Under the pieces are notes generated by a model. It saw only the letters and a list, made by a program, of their open reading frames with translations, had not been told where the DNA came from and searched no databases. From the NCBI GenBank assembly GCA_020184695.1, contig JAANOX010000083.1, forward strand, positions 1-64,000: 64,000 nucleotides of DNA, given 5' to 3'. A program made the position numbers and the translations under genes. Positions 43,860-55,345 of this stretch are shown here, piece after piece. The first letter of the stretch is position 1, and every line of letters begins with the position of its first letter. Origin of the DNA: Histomonas meleagridis 2922-C6/04-290x. Lineage: Eukaryota; Protista; Parabasalia.

Positions 43860-44754
43860 TTTAAACAATAACAATGAAAATCTTGTTAATGGTATTGATA
43901 AATCCTATTCTAAATGTAATGTTTTAACCTCTGATCTTAGTGGTTACACATTTAATGTTTTATTATTTGATATTGATGCCTGTATATTTGAATTGCTCGA
44001 CACATCAGATGAAACATTTATTGTCGGAGAAGATTTGGATATTCATATGGATGATTGCTTCTTAAGTTACTTCTAGAAGATGTTCAAATGTAATATTCTT
44101 AACTTTTGTTAATAATATACATTAGGAGCAGCATGTAAAGCTTTGGTTGTTCATTCTTTCAATAAAGATTTGTTTGGGACAATAATGAACTCGGTTGCAC
44201 GACTTCTAAGTAATATGGAGTGTTAACATTAGCTGAAAAGTTCAACATGTATTCTACGTGTTCAACAATTGTTATAAATATTTCATTAATACCACAAAGT
44301 TGTACAAATTACATTAGTATTATAAATTAAAATATAATTATAGTAAAATTAAAGTTTATCATTTATTTTAAAATTTTTGCAAAACCATTCCAAAATTTTG
44401 GAAAATAAATGTCAAACTCGTGCTTTTTGAATGTATGTTGTGGTGTAACACCAAAAATTGATTATTTTGTACTTAACATTCAAGTAACTATTTTTTACTT
44501 TCATGATTAAACTTTTTATTTCAGTCATAAACACACGCGGTTTGTTCATCATTTGGATTTGTACTACATGGACATGTTAAACATGCACCTGATCCCTGAC
44601 TTTTGCTGACTTCATCTGATGGGTATTTTTTGCATGCTGAAAATGATGTCGATCCGATTTTGTGATTATAATACCCGGCTTGACAAGGCACTTCATGAAG
44701 ATCTATAAATGCAGTAATAACATGGCCTTTATTCAGAACATTCACTGAGAACAT
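43860..44754 (-). pseudogene. Decayed Cys-rich (TNFR/furin-like) membrane-protein remnant
   Basis: CQAGYY...SACKKY...GSGACLTCPCSTNPNDEQTACVYD followed by many stops. Confidence 0.35.
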
Positions 44755-44887
44755 CCCCCAAAAACATAAAAGAAAGCATTTTGAATAACGTTTTGTCTGA
44801 AAAAATTCAGTTTTGAATAACTTAGAACAAACATTTGAAATATCTGACCGATAGATATTGAATTTTCTTTAAACTAAACCCATATGG

Positions 44888-47800
44888 ATGGAGTCTGAGT
44901 CAGCAAACTACATAAACATAAATAAAATAGCTGATTTATCAAATGACTCGTTAAGGTCCATGTCAATATCATTCACATATCCTATTGTTGCATTTGTTAA
45001 TTCTTCAGCAGAATTAATGATTTTTGATGTTGAAAAGAAAACATCGAAAATACTTCAAAGAAAACAAGAACGTGAAGACTCATTTGTAACATGTTCATCA
45101 ATTAGTCGCAATTGTAAATACATTGTTACAGGACATAGTGATTCAGATGGTGGAGAAGTAGTTATTTGGTCTATATCTACAGGAACAGAATATGCATCAA
45201 CTCGCACTTCAGAAACTGTTACAAAAATAACATTTATTCCAAATTCATTTTCAATCTTATTTTCAACTCCTTTTGGAGCACTTTATCGTGCCTCTGTTTC
45301 CAAAACATTCTTTCGGAATTCTCTTCATTTTTCTATTGTTCACGATTTTCAAGTTCCAATTACTTCATTAGTTGTTTATAATTCCATTATTTTTGTTTCT
45401 ACATCCAATAATGTTATGGCTTATGACATCAAGTCTTCAAGCTTTACCTTAAAATGGAGTGATGAAACCGGAGCAATCTGTTTTAGTTGTTTTGGTGATC
45501 ATATTGCATATAGTCATGGACATGATGTCACTATTCGAACACTTGATGGTACGATTCTACATAACTTCAACTTTCCCCAAACCCCCAGAGTCATTTCATT
45601 GACTAATCAAGATACTATTCTTGGTTTTTCGAATTCATTTTGCCAACTTTCGAGCCCATCGGGAAGTATTCAAATTTCAATACCTTCTGGAACGGTTATT
45701 TGTGATTTTGAGAAGATTTTGATCGTAGGCGATGGATGCATTCAATCAGTTGAATTAGCATCTACTGAACAACTTATCCAAAATTTAGTTAAGAATGATC
45801 AATGGGAGACCGCCTTTTCTCAACTTAAAAGCAAAGAAGAAGTCAGTAATTTCGAACAACTTTTAAATGATTACATTGAATCGAAATCTTTTGAACCAAA
45901 ATTTTTATATGAAATTATTGAAAAATTTGATTTTATTGAGTTTATTACTGAGCTTAAATTTGTTAATAAATCTAAGACGAAAATAATATTACAAACATTT
46001 TTACAATCACCAAAACATCAATGGGAATTAAATAGTGAATTTATTAATGAAATAATAAATAATTTTTATGAAACGCCGAATGAACTTGAAAAGTTTTTTC
46101 ATGAAATTGAAATTAATCATGGATGGCTTCAAGATATATTACCCAATTTACTTGAGCATGAATTATTTAAAGTAATTCAAGATTATGTATACAAATATCG
46201 AAATGATTCATATTTAATGTTAGTAATTTCACATTATTTAAATGACTTTTCAACAATTCACACGATAATACTTGAATCATTTCATAAAGAAACACACGAA
46301 GAAGAATGTATACAATATTTAACTAATTTTGATTTAACTAATTTCATATTATATAATGAACAAAACTCAAATTATATATTCCAAAAATCAATTGAAATAT
46401 TAACAAATTTAAGGAAACCAATAAATAACTTATTAAATAATATCATTCTAAGTCTTAATAAGGACTCAATTATATGGAATGAAATTGTTCCAATAATAAT
46501 CGAAAATTCGATTTATATTTCGAATTCATTAATACCTAATTTAGAATCTTATATATTTTATAATAATGAAGAACAAAATAATTTACAATTACGTAATGAA
46601 TTATTAAAAATGTTAATAACAACTTTACAATTTACCGATTTACCGAAATATTTAAAGTTATCACGAAAACTTAATTTTGTTGAATCGGAATTTGAAATCA
46701 TTGCATTAATGCATAACATTGATGAGTTTATAATATTTTTAGTTTCACATAAAATCATTGATTTTCATGATTATTTATATCGGATAGTAAATAATCAAAA
46801 GTCAATGCGTGAAATATTAAAATCGAAATGTGAAATTTTATTGTTAATTAATGTGGAACAATTTTGTGATGAGGTATGGAATATGAGCGATATTACATTA
46901 ATACATGAAATATTTGAAATATTACAAATGAATTTGGATTTGTGTTGGTATTTCTTAAAGCGAATGTTTCAACGTCAAGAATATTATGAGATAGCAACGT
47001 CAAATGAAATTGTTGTTTATATTAAATTGTTATGTAAATATCATCCGAATAATGTATATTCTACACTTAAGTTAATAAAGAAAATTCCATTGAATGATAT
47101 AATTAATATATGTCAAGATAATTATATCGTTGACGCAACATTATATTTATGTGATTTAATACATGATTTTGAGCGTGGTATAAAATTTGCATCGAATATA
47201 TTAAAGAATTCATTAATGTTAAATGATAATAATAAAAATAATAATTCGATTGTGAAACAAATTTGTAATTATTTGGCGAAAAGTAAAAATATTAATGAAT
47301 GGATCCCTTTTTTGGAAGTGTTCCAATTACCAATTTATGCGAATTTAAAGAATAATGAGAATCTTCGTGATATTATTAATAATTTATTGGTTTTCTTGGA
47401 TGTGATGATACAAAACATTAACGATTCGAATTTGATATTAGAAAAAGTAGTCGAAATATTCGGTTTCATACCAATGAATATATCAAAAGAAATAGTTTTA
47501 TATTTATTTAAGTCGATTAAAGAGAAAAACGAGTTTTTTATTGAGTTATCGATTATTGAGAAAAATGAAAATGCGAAAAAACAAATGAAAATAATGAATG
47601 AGTTATGTATTGGTATAGAATATGATGGAATAAAATGCGCAAATTGTGGCAAATCATTCCTAAATAATAATGAAGTAATTGCTTTTGGTTGTGGCCATGT
47701 GTTTCACAAGAAATGCGCTTCGTCGAATTGGTGTAATATATGTCAAAAGCTTAATAATAATGATTTGAATTTAAAGGAAATTGATAATGAAAATAGTTTA

Positions 47801-47932
47801 ATTGTATTCGATAATGATAATGAAATCGAAAATATAAAAATAGATATATGGAATGATGAAATTGCGGAAGAAAAAGCGAAAAATGAAATGGAAATGGAAA
47901 TTCCTAAAATTGGAAATGTAACTGAAATATAA
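44888..47932 (+). CDS. Vps8-like CORVET subunit (beta-propeller, helical repeats, RING-H2)
   Basis: WD40-like N-terminus, clathrin-repeat-like middle and C-terminal CANC...GCGHVFHKKC...CNIC. Confidence 0.7.
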   Translation: MESESANYININKIADLSNDSLRSMSISFTYPIVAFVNSSAELMIFDVEKKTSKILQRKQEREDSFVTCSSISRNCKYIVTGHSDSDGGEVVIWSISTGTEYASTRTSETVTKITFIPNSFSILFSTPFGALYRASVSKTFFRNSLHFSIVHDFQVPITSLVVYNSIIFVSTSNNVMAYDIKSSSFTLKWSDETGAICFSCFGDHIAYSHGHDVTIRTLDGTILHNFNFPQTPRVISLTNQDTILGFSNSFCQLSSPSGSIQISIPSGTVICDFEKILIVGDGCIQSVELASTEQLIQNLVKNDQWETAFSQLKSKEEVSNFEQLLNDYIESKSFEPKFLYEIIEKFDFIEFITELKFVNKSKTKIILQTFLQSPKHQWELNSEFINEIINNFYETPNELEKFFHEIEINHGWLQDILPNLLEHELFKVIQDYVYKYRNDSYLMLVISHYLNDFSTIHTIILESFHKETHEEECIQYLTNFDLTNFILYNEQNSNYIFQKSIEILTNLRKPINNLLNNIILSLNKDSIIWNEIVPIIIENSIYISNSLIPNLESYIFYNNEEQNNLQLRNELLKMLITTLQFTDLPKYLKLSRKLNFVESEFEIIALMHNIDEFIIFLVSHKIIDFHDYLYRIVNNQKSMREILKSKCEILLLINVEQFCDEVWNMSDITLIHEIFEILQMNLDLCWYFLKRMFQRQEYYEIATSNEIVVYIKLLCKYHPNNVYSTLKLIKKIPLNDIINICQDNYIVDATLYLCDLIHDFERGIKFASNILKNSLMLNDNNKNNNSIVKQICNYLAKSKNINEWIPFLEVFQLPIYANLKNNENLRDIINNLLVFLDVMIQNINDSNLILEKVVEIFGFIPMNISKEIVLYLFKSIKEKNEFFIELSIIEKNENAKKQMKIMNELCIGIEYDGIKCANCGKSFLNNNEVIAFGCGHVFHKKCASSNWCNICQKLNNNDLNLKEIDNENSLIVFDNDNEIENIKIDIWNDEIAEEKAKNEMEMEIPKIGNVTEI

Positions 47933-48772
47933 AAAAAAAATTGTAAATAAATTTATTTTAAAATATTTTTTTTTCATTTATAAATTCTTGAAATTAATGA
48001 ATGTATTTGTGGTGTATGTATTTTAAAAGTCTCAAAAATAATTTTTATTAATGAATGTTTTAAAGTTATCCCATACATTTAAAATATTCTACATTTCTTA
48101 TTATCTTTTAGAATTTTAATCATTTTATGTTTATTGTCTATGTCTAATTTTATCATTCACAATTGTAAAAACAAACTCATCCAAATTATTTCGTTATATT
48201 ACAGAACACTCAATATAACATTCGGAATATCTTAAATATTTCATTTTATACCCTTAGTATTGTGAAATCGATATGCACATATGAAAAATATATGAAATTA
48301 TTGATGACTCTATGTTTATTTTATATTTTCAGGTGGTTTCAGTGAAATAGGGCAAAAACAAAAAATTATAATATATTTTTCATCATATGTTAAACAGTAA
48401 TGAAGTAGAAGAAAATTTCCCAATGATAGTATCAAATGAATGAAAAATCATCGGATTTATATTCAAAAACTGAATTACTTTTCTGCAACCACTTTTTGTC
48501 TTACATATATGTATGTACATGCATTAAGAAAGAAAAAAAAGTTGATTTTTTACTTCCATTTAAAATTATTAGTATATGGTAACGTTGTAATAGCTTAAAA
48601 AAGAAATTGTTGATTTAGAGGATAAACAAAAAGTGCCAAATTTCACTTTTTAGGAAATATTTTGAAAGCATTTTGTAAATTAACCGCCATAAACTCCCAC
48701 ATAACAGGTGACAATTGTCCGCAAAATTCAGAACTTTCACATCACCTTAACCAACACTTCACATTATATCTA

Positions 48773-49903
48773 ATGGCTGAAGACGAAGTTCAAACATTAG
48801 TTATCGATAATGGTTCCGGTATGTGCAAGGCTGGTTTCGCTGGTGATGAAGCACCACGCTCAGTTTTCCCATCCATTGTTGGTCGTCCAAAGTATGTCCA
48901 AACAATCGCTGGTGGTCAAAACAAGGATACATATGTTGGTGATGAAGCATGCGCTAAGGCAGGTATCCTCATCCTCAAGTACCCAATTGAACACGGTATC
49001 GTTACCAACTGGGACGATATGGAAAAGATCTGGCACCACACATTCTACAACGAATTACGTGTTGATCCAGCTGAACACCCAGTTCTTCTTACAGAAGCCC
49101 CAATGAACCCAAAGGCCAACCGTGAAAAGATGATCCAACTCCAATTCGAAACATTCAACGTTCCAGCATTCTATGTTGGTATCCAAGCCGTTCTTTCCCT
49201 TTACTCATCAGGTCGTACAACCGGTATTGTTTTCGATGCAGGTGATGGTGTTTCCCACACAGTTCCAATCTACGAAGGTTACTCCCTTCCACACGCCATC
49301 ATGCGTATCAACCTCGCCGGTCGTGATCTCACAGCCTACCTCCAAAAGATCCTCAACGAACGTGGTTACACCTTCACAACATCCGCCGAAAAGGAAATTG
49401 TACGTGATATCAAGGAGAAGCACGCATATGTTGCTCTTGATTTCGATGAAGAAATGAACAAGGCCGCCACAACATCCGAATGCGACATCTCATACACACT
49501 TCCAGATGGTAACGTCATCACCATCGCCAACGAGCGCTTCAGGTGCCCAGAACTTCTTTTCAAACCACACTTCAACGGCTTCGAATTCGAAGGTATCGAC
49601 CAAACCCTCTTCAACTCCATCATGGCATGCGATATCGATGTACGTAAGGATCTCTACGCTAACATTGTTCTTTCTGGTGGTACCACAATGTTCGAAGGTC
49701 TCCCAGAACGTATGGAGAAGGAAATGGTCCGCCTCGCACCACCAACAATGAAGATCAAAGTCGTCGCTCCTCCAGAACGTAAGTACGCAGTTTGGATCGG
49801 TGGCTCCATCCTTGCTTCCCTCGCCACATTCCCACAAATGGTTATCACACGTGACGAATACAACGAAGCTGGTCCAGGAATTGTCCACCGCAAGTGCTTC
49901 TAA
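48773..49903 (+). CDS. ACT: Actin
   Basis: [17 protein letters not shown] through GIVHRKCF; strong codon bias; Inr-like TCACA just upstream of the ATG. Confidence 0.99.
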   Translation: MAEDEVQTLVIDNGSGMCKAGFAGDEAPRSVFPSIVGRPKYVQTIAGGQNKDTYVGDEACAKAGILILKYPIEHGIVTNWDDMEKIWHHTFYNELRVDPAEHPVLLTEAPMNPKANREKMIQLQFETFNVPAFYVGIQAVLSLYSSGRTTGIVFDAGDGVSHTVPIYEGYSLPHAIMRINLAGRDLTAYLQKILNERGYTFTTSAEKEIVRDIKEKHAYVALDFDEEMNKAATTSECDISYTLPDGNVITIANERFRCPELLFKPHFNGFEFEGIDQTLFNSIMACDIDVRKDLYANIVLSGGTTMFEGLPERMEKEMVRLAPPTMKIKVVAPPERKYAVWIGGSILASLATFPQMVITRDEYNEAGPGIVHRKCF

Positions 49904-50027
49904 ACATGCATTGATATGCTTTATTTGCATTTTTTAACTTTCAAAGGTATTGTTGAGCATTTGGTGTGAAATAAATTTTTATTATTTAATCAAAATGATA
50001 ATAAAATTGGAATAATTTGTTATCTTC

Positions 50028-50286
50028 TTGTGTTATCAAGTAGAAATTGTGAAATATATTTTAGATCAAAAAGGAATTGATGTTAATGCAAAAACTATTC
50101 TTTTGAATAATTTTATTTATGATTTATTTTTCGGTATTACCAAATTGGTAAAATGGTTTAATAATTTGGAGTTTATTTTAAGAATATTTTACATCAATTC
50201 AAATTCCACAACAAAAAAATTACACAGGAATAATAAATTTACTTAGTGAAAGAAGTACAAAGGAAAATTCTATTTTAGAGTCTTGA
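50028..50286 (+). pseudogene. Isolated ankyrin fragment with the same spacer architecture
   Basis: VEIVKYILDQKGIDVNAKT[attcttttgaataattt]...gga[gtttattttaagaatat]ttt aca = G-F-T, then an open frame to TGA 50284-86; middle spacers irregular. Confidence 0.55.
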
Positions 50287-50293
50287 TTTCAAT

Positions 50294-50635
50294 ATGTGAA
50301 AATATCACAACAACGAAATACAAAATTTTACTTTCATTGTGCACTTGAATGTTTACATGTGAAAACATCACAACAACGAAATACAAAATTTTACTTTCAT
50401 TGTGCACTTGAATGTTTACATGTGAAAACATCACAACAACGAAATACAAAATTTTACTTTCATTGTGCACTTGAATGTTTACATGTGAAAACATCACAAC
50501 AACGAAATACAAAATCTTACTTTCATTGTGCACTTGAATGTTTACATGTGAAAACATCACAACAACGAAATACAAAATTTTACTTTCATTGTGCACTTGA
50601 ATGTTTACATGTGAAAACATCACAACAACGAAATA
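50294..50635. repeat. 63-bp tandem repeat, about 5.4 near-identical copies
   Basis: Unit atgtgaaaacatcacaacaacgaaatacaaaattttactttcattgtgcacttgaatgtttac starting at 50294, 50357, 50420, 50483, 50546 and 50609 (partial). Confidence 0.97.
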
Positions 50636-50674
50636 TATTTCATATTTTAAAACATATTCACTTTCATTCACTTT

Positions 50675-53600
50675 TTACTTCAGGTCCATTGCCTCTTCGA
50701 ATGGAATTATTGGATTTTCGTTTACATCTGCGAAATTATTTATTATATTTTCCATCATTTCGGACATTTCGAGAATTGGGTGGAACAGTTTCTCGTGCAC
50801 ATTCCAGTAGTTGACCATCGCCTTGATTGCGGATGTTCTCACCAGAGATGGCAACGCTTTTTTGGACACAATTGCGCTGCAATGCAATGGTCCGAACCAA
50901 TCGATGCTCAATTCTTCTTGCTTGTACACATCGACGTGGAAGAGACCCGTCGGAAGCGGATATATGATGAACTTGATCATGCCGAATGGCGACGATATTG
51001 TCGATGTATCATATGAATGTGATGAGTCGCAATATATAATGTGGATGTTATCATTTCCAATATGTCGCTTCTTAAACACTTGTTGCGAATCGTATTGGTC
51101 AGTGGGTAATAATGGCGCAACATGAAACATTGCTTCATGACTAAAGTCGGAATAATAAACTGAGGTTTGGCCATTTCGATTATTGCGAATATCAAGTTGG
51201 CCATTATAACCACAATGCTTAGAAAGATTGATGGGCCACCCAAGGCCATTAAGGAATTCCCTGAAATGTGGAGAGGTTTCATCAATCGTTGTTGATAATA
51301 TTTGGCCTTCATCTTCTTTGTCATAACCAACATATACGACTGCTATCTTCGTCTTATAACGATGGCTATGCGTAGAAATGGATTGCAAATGCAATGAGAA
51401 GTTATTACCTGGTCGAAGTCGACGAATTGTATCTGGTCGAGAAATGTTAAGTTTACCTATGGATACCAAAGCAGAAGCAGCACTATTAGGTGACTTAGTG
51501 TTAGGTCTAATACGTAAAGTATTTTCATTAACTGGCGAAATATAATTTTGATAATTATCTTGAATCAAATTAAGTTGAGGTTCTATATCACTATCGTCTA
51601 TTATTTCGAGAGGATACTGAGCCTTATCTTCGGCTTCAAAAGCATCTACAACAGAGTCAATAACTTTTTGGAATTCAACCTGGAAGTCAGGGTCATCTCG
51701 GGGTGGTTCATCTGTAATTTCAACGTTAACCCCATTAACGGTCTCTGTCGAATCCAAAATAATTTCTTCTAACGGTTCAAATTTCCAAACGTATTGCCCA
51801 GAATTATTGATCGTTGTAACCACACAATTACCGTTATCGGGCTCTGCTTTCAAAATTGAATAGTCCTGCGGAGTATAAAAAGTAGCGTTTTCAATTGGTA
51901 TAAACGGGTTCATATTTGATGGAAATAAAGGAGAATTTGGGAATGGATAACCACCGAAGTAAATAGTTAACAATTGTAAAGAATCCTTAGCCAACAAAGA
52001 CAAATTCTTTGGGAATGATTCACTTACATTTCTTCTTTTAGCTAAATCATCCAATAATATGATATATCTTTTAATATCTTCATTATCTTTAATGATATTA
52101 AAAGAATAAATGAAAATTGAAGTTAAAGTATTAATGAAATGGAAAATATATTCTTCGTTTTCTTTTAATATCTCAAATGCGTCATTAGCCATTAAATGTA
52201 TTAATTCCTTTAATGGTTCTTCTGCATTTTTCATTAACAAATTAAAGTATGGTAATAATCCCATTAATGAATGTAATGTTTCTATTTTCTTTTCAGGTAA
52301 TAAATTCACATAAACTTTTAATAACTTTGTTAATATATCTTTCGAAGGTTTCTCATGCATTAATTCATCAACAATCGTTGTACTAATTGAAGGTAATACT
52401 AATACATGATCACTAATCGAGAAGATACATTTAATTGATCTTTCTTTTAAGTTAGTACAATTAATAGTATCATTCGGCTTAAAGTTATAATCATTTTGTG
52501 ACATTTCAATACGTGCAAATAAATTATCTAAAAATTGTTGTGGTAATTGGATTACATCCGAATTAAATAATGGCGCCGATGATAAAAATCCAATTACATT
52601 ATCATCAATTAATACATATTCTTTCTCTAATACTGTTAACATGATTGGAATTAACATTGTTGATCCTACAAATCCAATTCGTATAGTTAAAAATGCTTGT
52701 TGAAATGCAAATGATATTGCTTCCGAATCAGAACTCATTAAAAATAAATATAACACTAAATACCAATGCGTTAATATTGTCTCATTAACATAATCACGCA
52801 TTGCTAAACTATTAATTGTCTCTGATAATAATGTAAATGCTTTATAACGTAATGAGAAATATGCACATGAAAATGAAGCAGTAAATAAATGTGCGGCTGA
52901 ATTAAAGAATAATGCTCGACGATCAAAGATAACACCTGGCGGAAAGTTTTGTAATAATATTAATGTATGATAAAATGAATAAATGACTGAAAACAAATTT
53001 AATTGTTGATCTTCTTCTTGATAATCAGGATATCGATCAAAACTGACTAAATATAACATAATTAAGTCTAATAAACTTTGATCATCATGTGGTGGGGATT
53101 CTAATGGTGAAAATGGATATTTCCTTAACTTGTCATCGTACTGACTCAAAAAGTCGCAGCTTTGTTTGAGTTGCGTTTGGACAAATTCTTGAGGACTATT
53201 AAATATCATCTCGATATTCTGGCAAATAAAGTCATATTTGTTGGCTAATTTCACTCTCTTAGCTCGGTCTAAACGAGATTGACAGACTTTGACTGTTTCA
53301 TCCTTTTGAACATCAAATAAGATTAATGATGCAATGGTAGCTAAATATTGGGAAAAACGACATAACGTTGCTGCAGCAAATGGGGAATTACGTACTTCAT
53401 CACATATATTATCCCAAATTTCATCTGATTTTTCACGATCACTTAACATTTTCCGCATAATGGCTTGGATAACAGGTACCGTAAGAATTGGTATGGAACG
53501 TGCCTTACCAAAGAGTAACGTAAGTGTGGATAAATAAACTTTTTTTTCGGGAAGTTCCTTCAACGATGAGAGAACGTTTATTAGGAACTGTTCAATTTGT

Positions 53601-54574
53601 GGAATTAATTGGACAATTTTATTTTCTGGGAGGGTTTTAATGATCTCCAAATCAATGTTTTGGAGCTCATAAAACGTGTCTAATGAGAAAGAAATGATTT
53701 GGGTCGAAATAGGAGATTTTGCTAATACACTCATTATTTCAAGTGTTTGAAGAAGAATATGAACATCACTATGCGTAATTGAATCTCTAAATATACCAAA
53801 AAGTAACTTGGTTTGTTCAATTGTGGAAAGTAATGGTTTGGGATCATTACCTTTACCAATAAATGTCTTTAGAAATTCAATAGTTTCTTCATGAATTTCT
53901 AATGGAGATGATGGACGAAAACCATATGGTTTACATAAGTAGCCTGCTTCTGTTGCCCATGGTTTATATACAATGGAAAAGATGTATTCAAACAAAATTT
54001 TGGTACAAAATGTTTGACGTGTTGCCCAATTGTCGCAAACAAAATCATAAAAAATTTTTAGCTGATTAAGTGCTTCTTTTTTTTTGGTTTTTGGACCTTC
54101 CCCATATATTGGATTTGAACCACCAAAAATAGACATTTCAAGATCATGCTTTTCAAGATCATCGCGTGCAAATACTGTAAATGGAATCATATATTGGAAG
54201 GAATGATTTAACTTTTTGATATCTGCTTCATCAATGTATTGTATAAAATTAAGGAAGAGTTGGAATGCTGGGGAACGAACTTCTTCACCAGTTTGTGAAT
54301 GTAATAGATAAGAAAAAAGTGAATCATATTGTGGAATATCAGGAGCAATTAATTGTTGAGATAATAATGGAACTATTTTCTTGAGCGCAGATATTATCTG
54401 TTTGCCAATACTATTTTTAGATGGCTTTGCGTTTGCATCTTTTGGTTTATTTTTTGTTGATAAATAATTTAATAATTGGTTTAAAAAATCAGACAAGTTA
54501 TTTAATATGAATGTTGATGCAACAAACTTGTCCGAGAGTATGTTTTTTAAATAGGAAAGAGCTTGATGAACCAT
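50675..54574 (-). CDS. Rap/Ran-GAP domain protein (tuberin/RalGAP-alpha-like)
   Basis: HEAT-like N-terminus; C-terminal KIAVVYVG..., FHVAPLLP and KKRHIGNDNIHIIY GAP motifs. Confidence 0.9.
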   Translation of the reverse strand: MVHQALSYLKNILSDKFVASTFILNNLSDFLNQLLNYLSTKNKPKDANAKPSKNSIGKQIISALKKIVPLLSQQLIAPDIPQYDSLFSYLLHSQTGEEVRSPAFQLFLNFIQYIDEADIKKLNHSFQYMIPFTVFARDDLEKHDLEMSIFGGSNPIYGEGPKTKKKEALNQLKIFYDFVCDNWATRQTFCTKILFEYIFSIVYKPWATEAGYLCKPYGFRPSSPLEIHEETIEFLKTFIGKGNDPKPLLSTIEQTKLLFGIFRDSITHSDVHILLQTLEIMSVLAKSPISTQIISFSLDTFYELQNIDLEIIKTLPENKIVQLIPQIEQFLINVLSSLKELPEKKVYLSTLTLLFGKARSIPILTVPVIQAIMRKMLSDREKSDEIWDNICDEVRNSPFAAATLCRFSQYLATIASLILFDVQKDETVKVCQSRLDRAKRVKLANKYDFICQNIEMIFNSPQEFVQTQLKQSCDFLSQYDDKLRKYPFSPLESPPHDDQSLLDLIMLYLVSFDRYPDYQEEDQQLNLFSVIYSFYHTLILLQNFPPGVIFDRRALFFNSAAHLFTASFSCAYFSLRYKAFTLLSETINSLAMRDYVNETILTHWYLVLYLFLMSSDSEAISFAFQQAFLTIRIGFVGSTMLIPIMLTVLEKEYVLIDDNVIGFLSSAPLFNSDVIQLPQQFLDNLFARIEMSQNDYNFKPNDTINCTNLKERSIKCIFSISDHVLVLPSISTTIVDELMHEKPSKDILTKLLKVYVNLLPEKKIETLHSLMGLLPYFNLLMKNAEEPLKELIHLMANDAFEILKENEEYIFHFINTLTSIFIYSFNIIKDNEDIKRYIILLDDLAKRRNVSESFPKNLSLLAKDSLQLLTIYFGGYPFPNSPLFPSNMNPFIPIENATFYTPQDYSILKAEPDNGNCVVTTINNSGQYVWKFEPLEEIILDSTETVNGVNVEITDEPPRDDPDFQVEFQKVIDSVVDAFEAEDKAQYPLEIIDDSDIEPQLNLIQDNYQNYISPVNENTLRIRPNTKSPNSAASALVSIGKLNISRPDTIRRLRPGNNFSLHLQSISTHSHRYKTKIAVVYVGYDKEDEGQILSTTIDETSPHFREFLNGLGWPINLSKHCGYNGQLDIRNNRNGQTSVYYSDFSHEAMFHVAPLLPTDQYDSQQVFKKRHIGNDNIHIIYCDSSHSYDTSTISSPFGMIKFIIYPLPTGLFHVDVYKQEELSIDWFGPLHCSAIVSKKALPSLVRTSAIKAMVNYWNVHEKLFHPILEMSEMMENIINNFADVNENPIIPFEEAMDLK

Positions 54575-55345
54575 TTATTTCCTCAAGGCGTTATATTGAA
54601 AAGCAGCTGGCCAATTTCAGAGGATTTCCCGTTAGGTGTATCGTTTCGCGTTGAATGTACTTTTTGAAATAAACAGCCATATTACTCTGATTTATGAAAA
54701 TACATTTTTTGCATTTTTAAAATATTTAATTTGAATAACTATATCAATAAATTTCCCATATATTTGTTGGTTCATATAATGTTACATAAAATTTGAAGAA
54801 TATTGCTGTTGAGCAAATATTTTTTATCTTTTATCAGCGGTTTGTTTAAATTATTGCATAGTTTATTTTGATCCGTGATCACAAATTTTGAATAAAAAAC
54901 GATAAACCGATCATAACCGATTTAATTTGGCGCGGAATCATCGTCAAAAAACTGAAAAAAATGATGTAAACCATTCATTCTATTTTGTCAGATCACTTTT
55001 TGAATCGTCCATGCGAATCTTCTGAAAGGCGTTCATCCAACCAGATATTTTATACAACGAAACCTAGAGATTTTCTAAAATAGTTCTTCTTAAGGCAATA
55101 GGAATAATAAATGTATATAATAAAAATAATAATTTTATAAATTCATGATTTTCTTTTTGGAATCTATAAGAGACATTTTCATGGGATGATATGTTTTTTC
55201 CACAATATTTTCAGGTGCTTGAATAAATTTGAATGTGTGTAGTTATGTATAATAATTTGAAGATTCCCATAAGGCAACAAAATTCATTATTAGTTAGAAT
55301 GAGAATAGAATCGAAACAAGGCATCAATAATATTCAAATATTTAT

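Noticed and set aside
50294-50635. CRISPR array or repeat-protein ORFs at 50270-50671 and 50296-50814
   Set aside because: The units are identical with no unique spacers and there are no cas genes; the ORFs are by-products of the 63-bp (21-codon) period.
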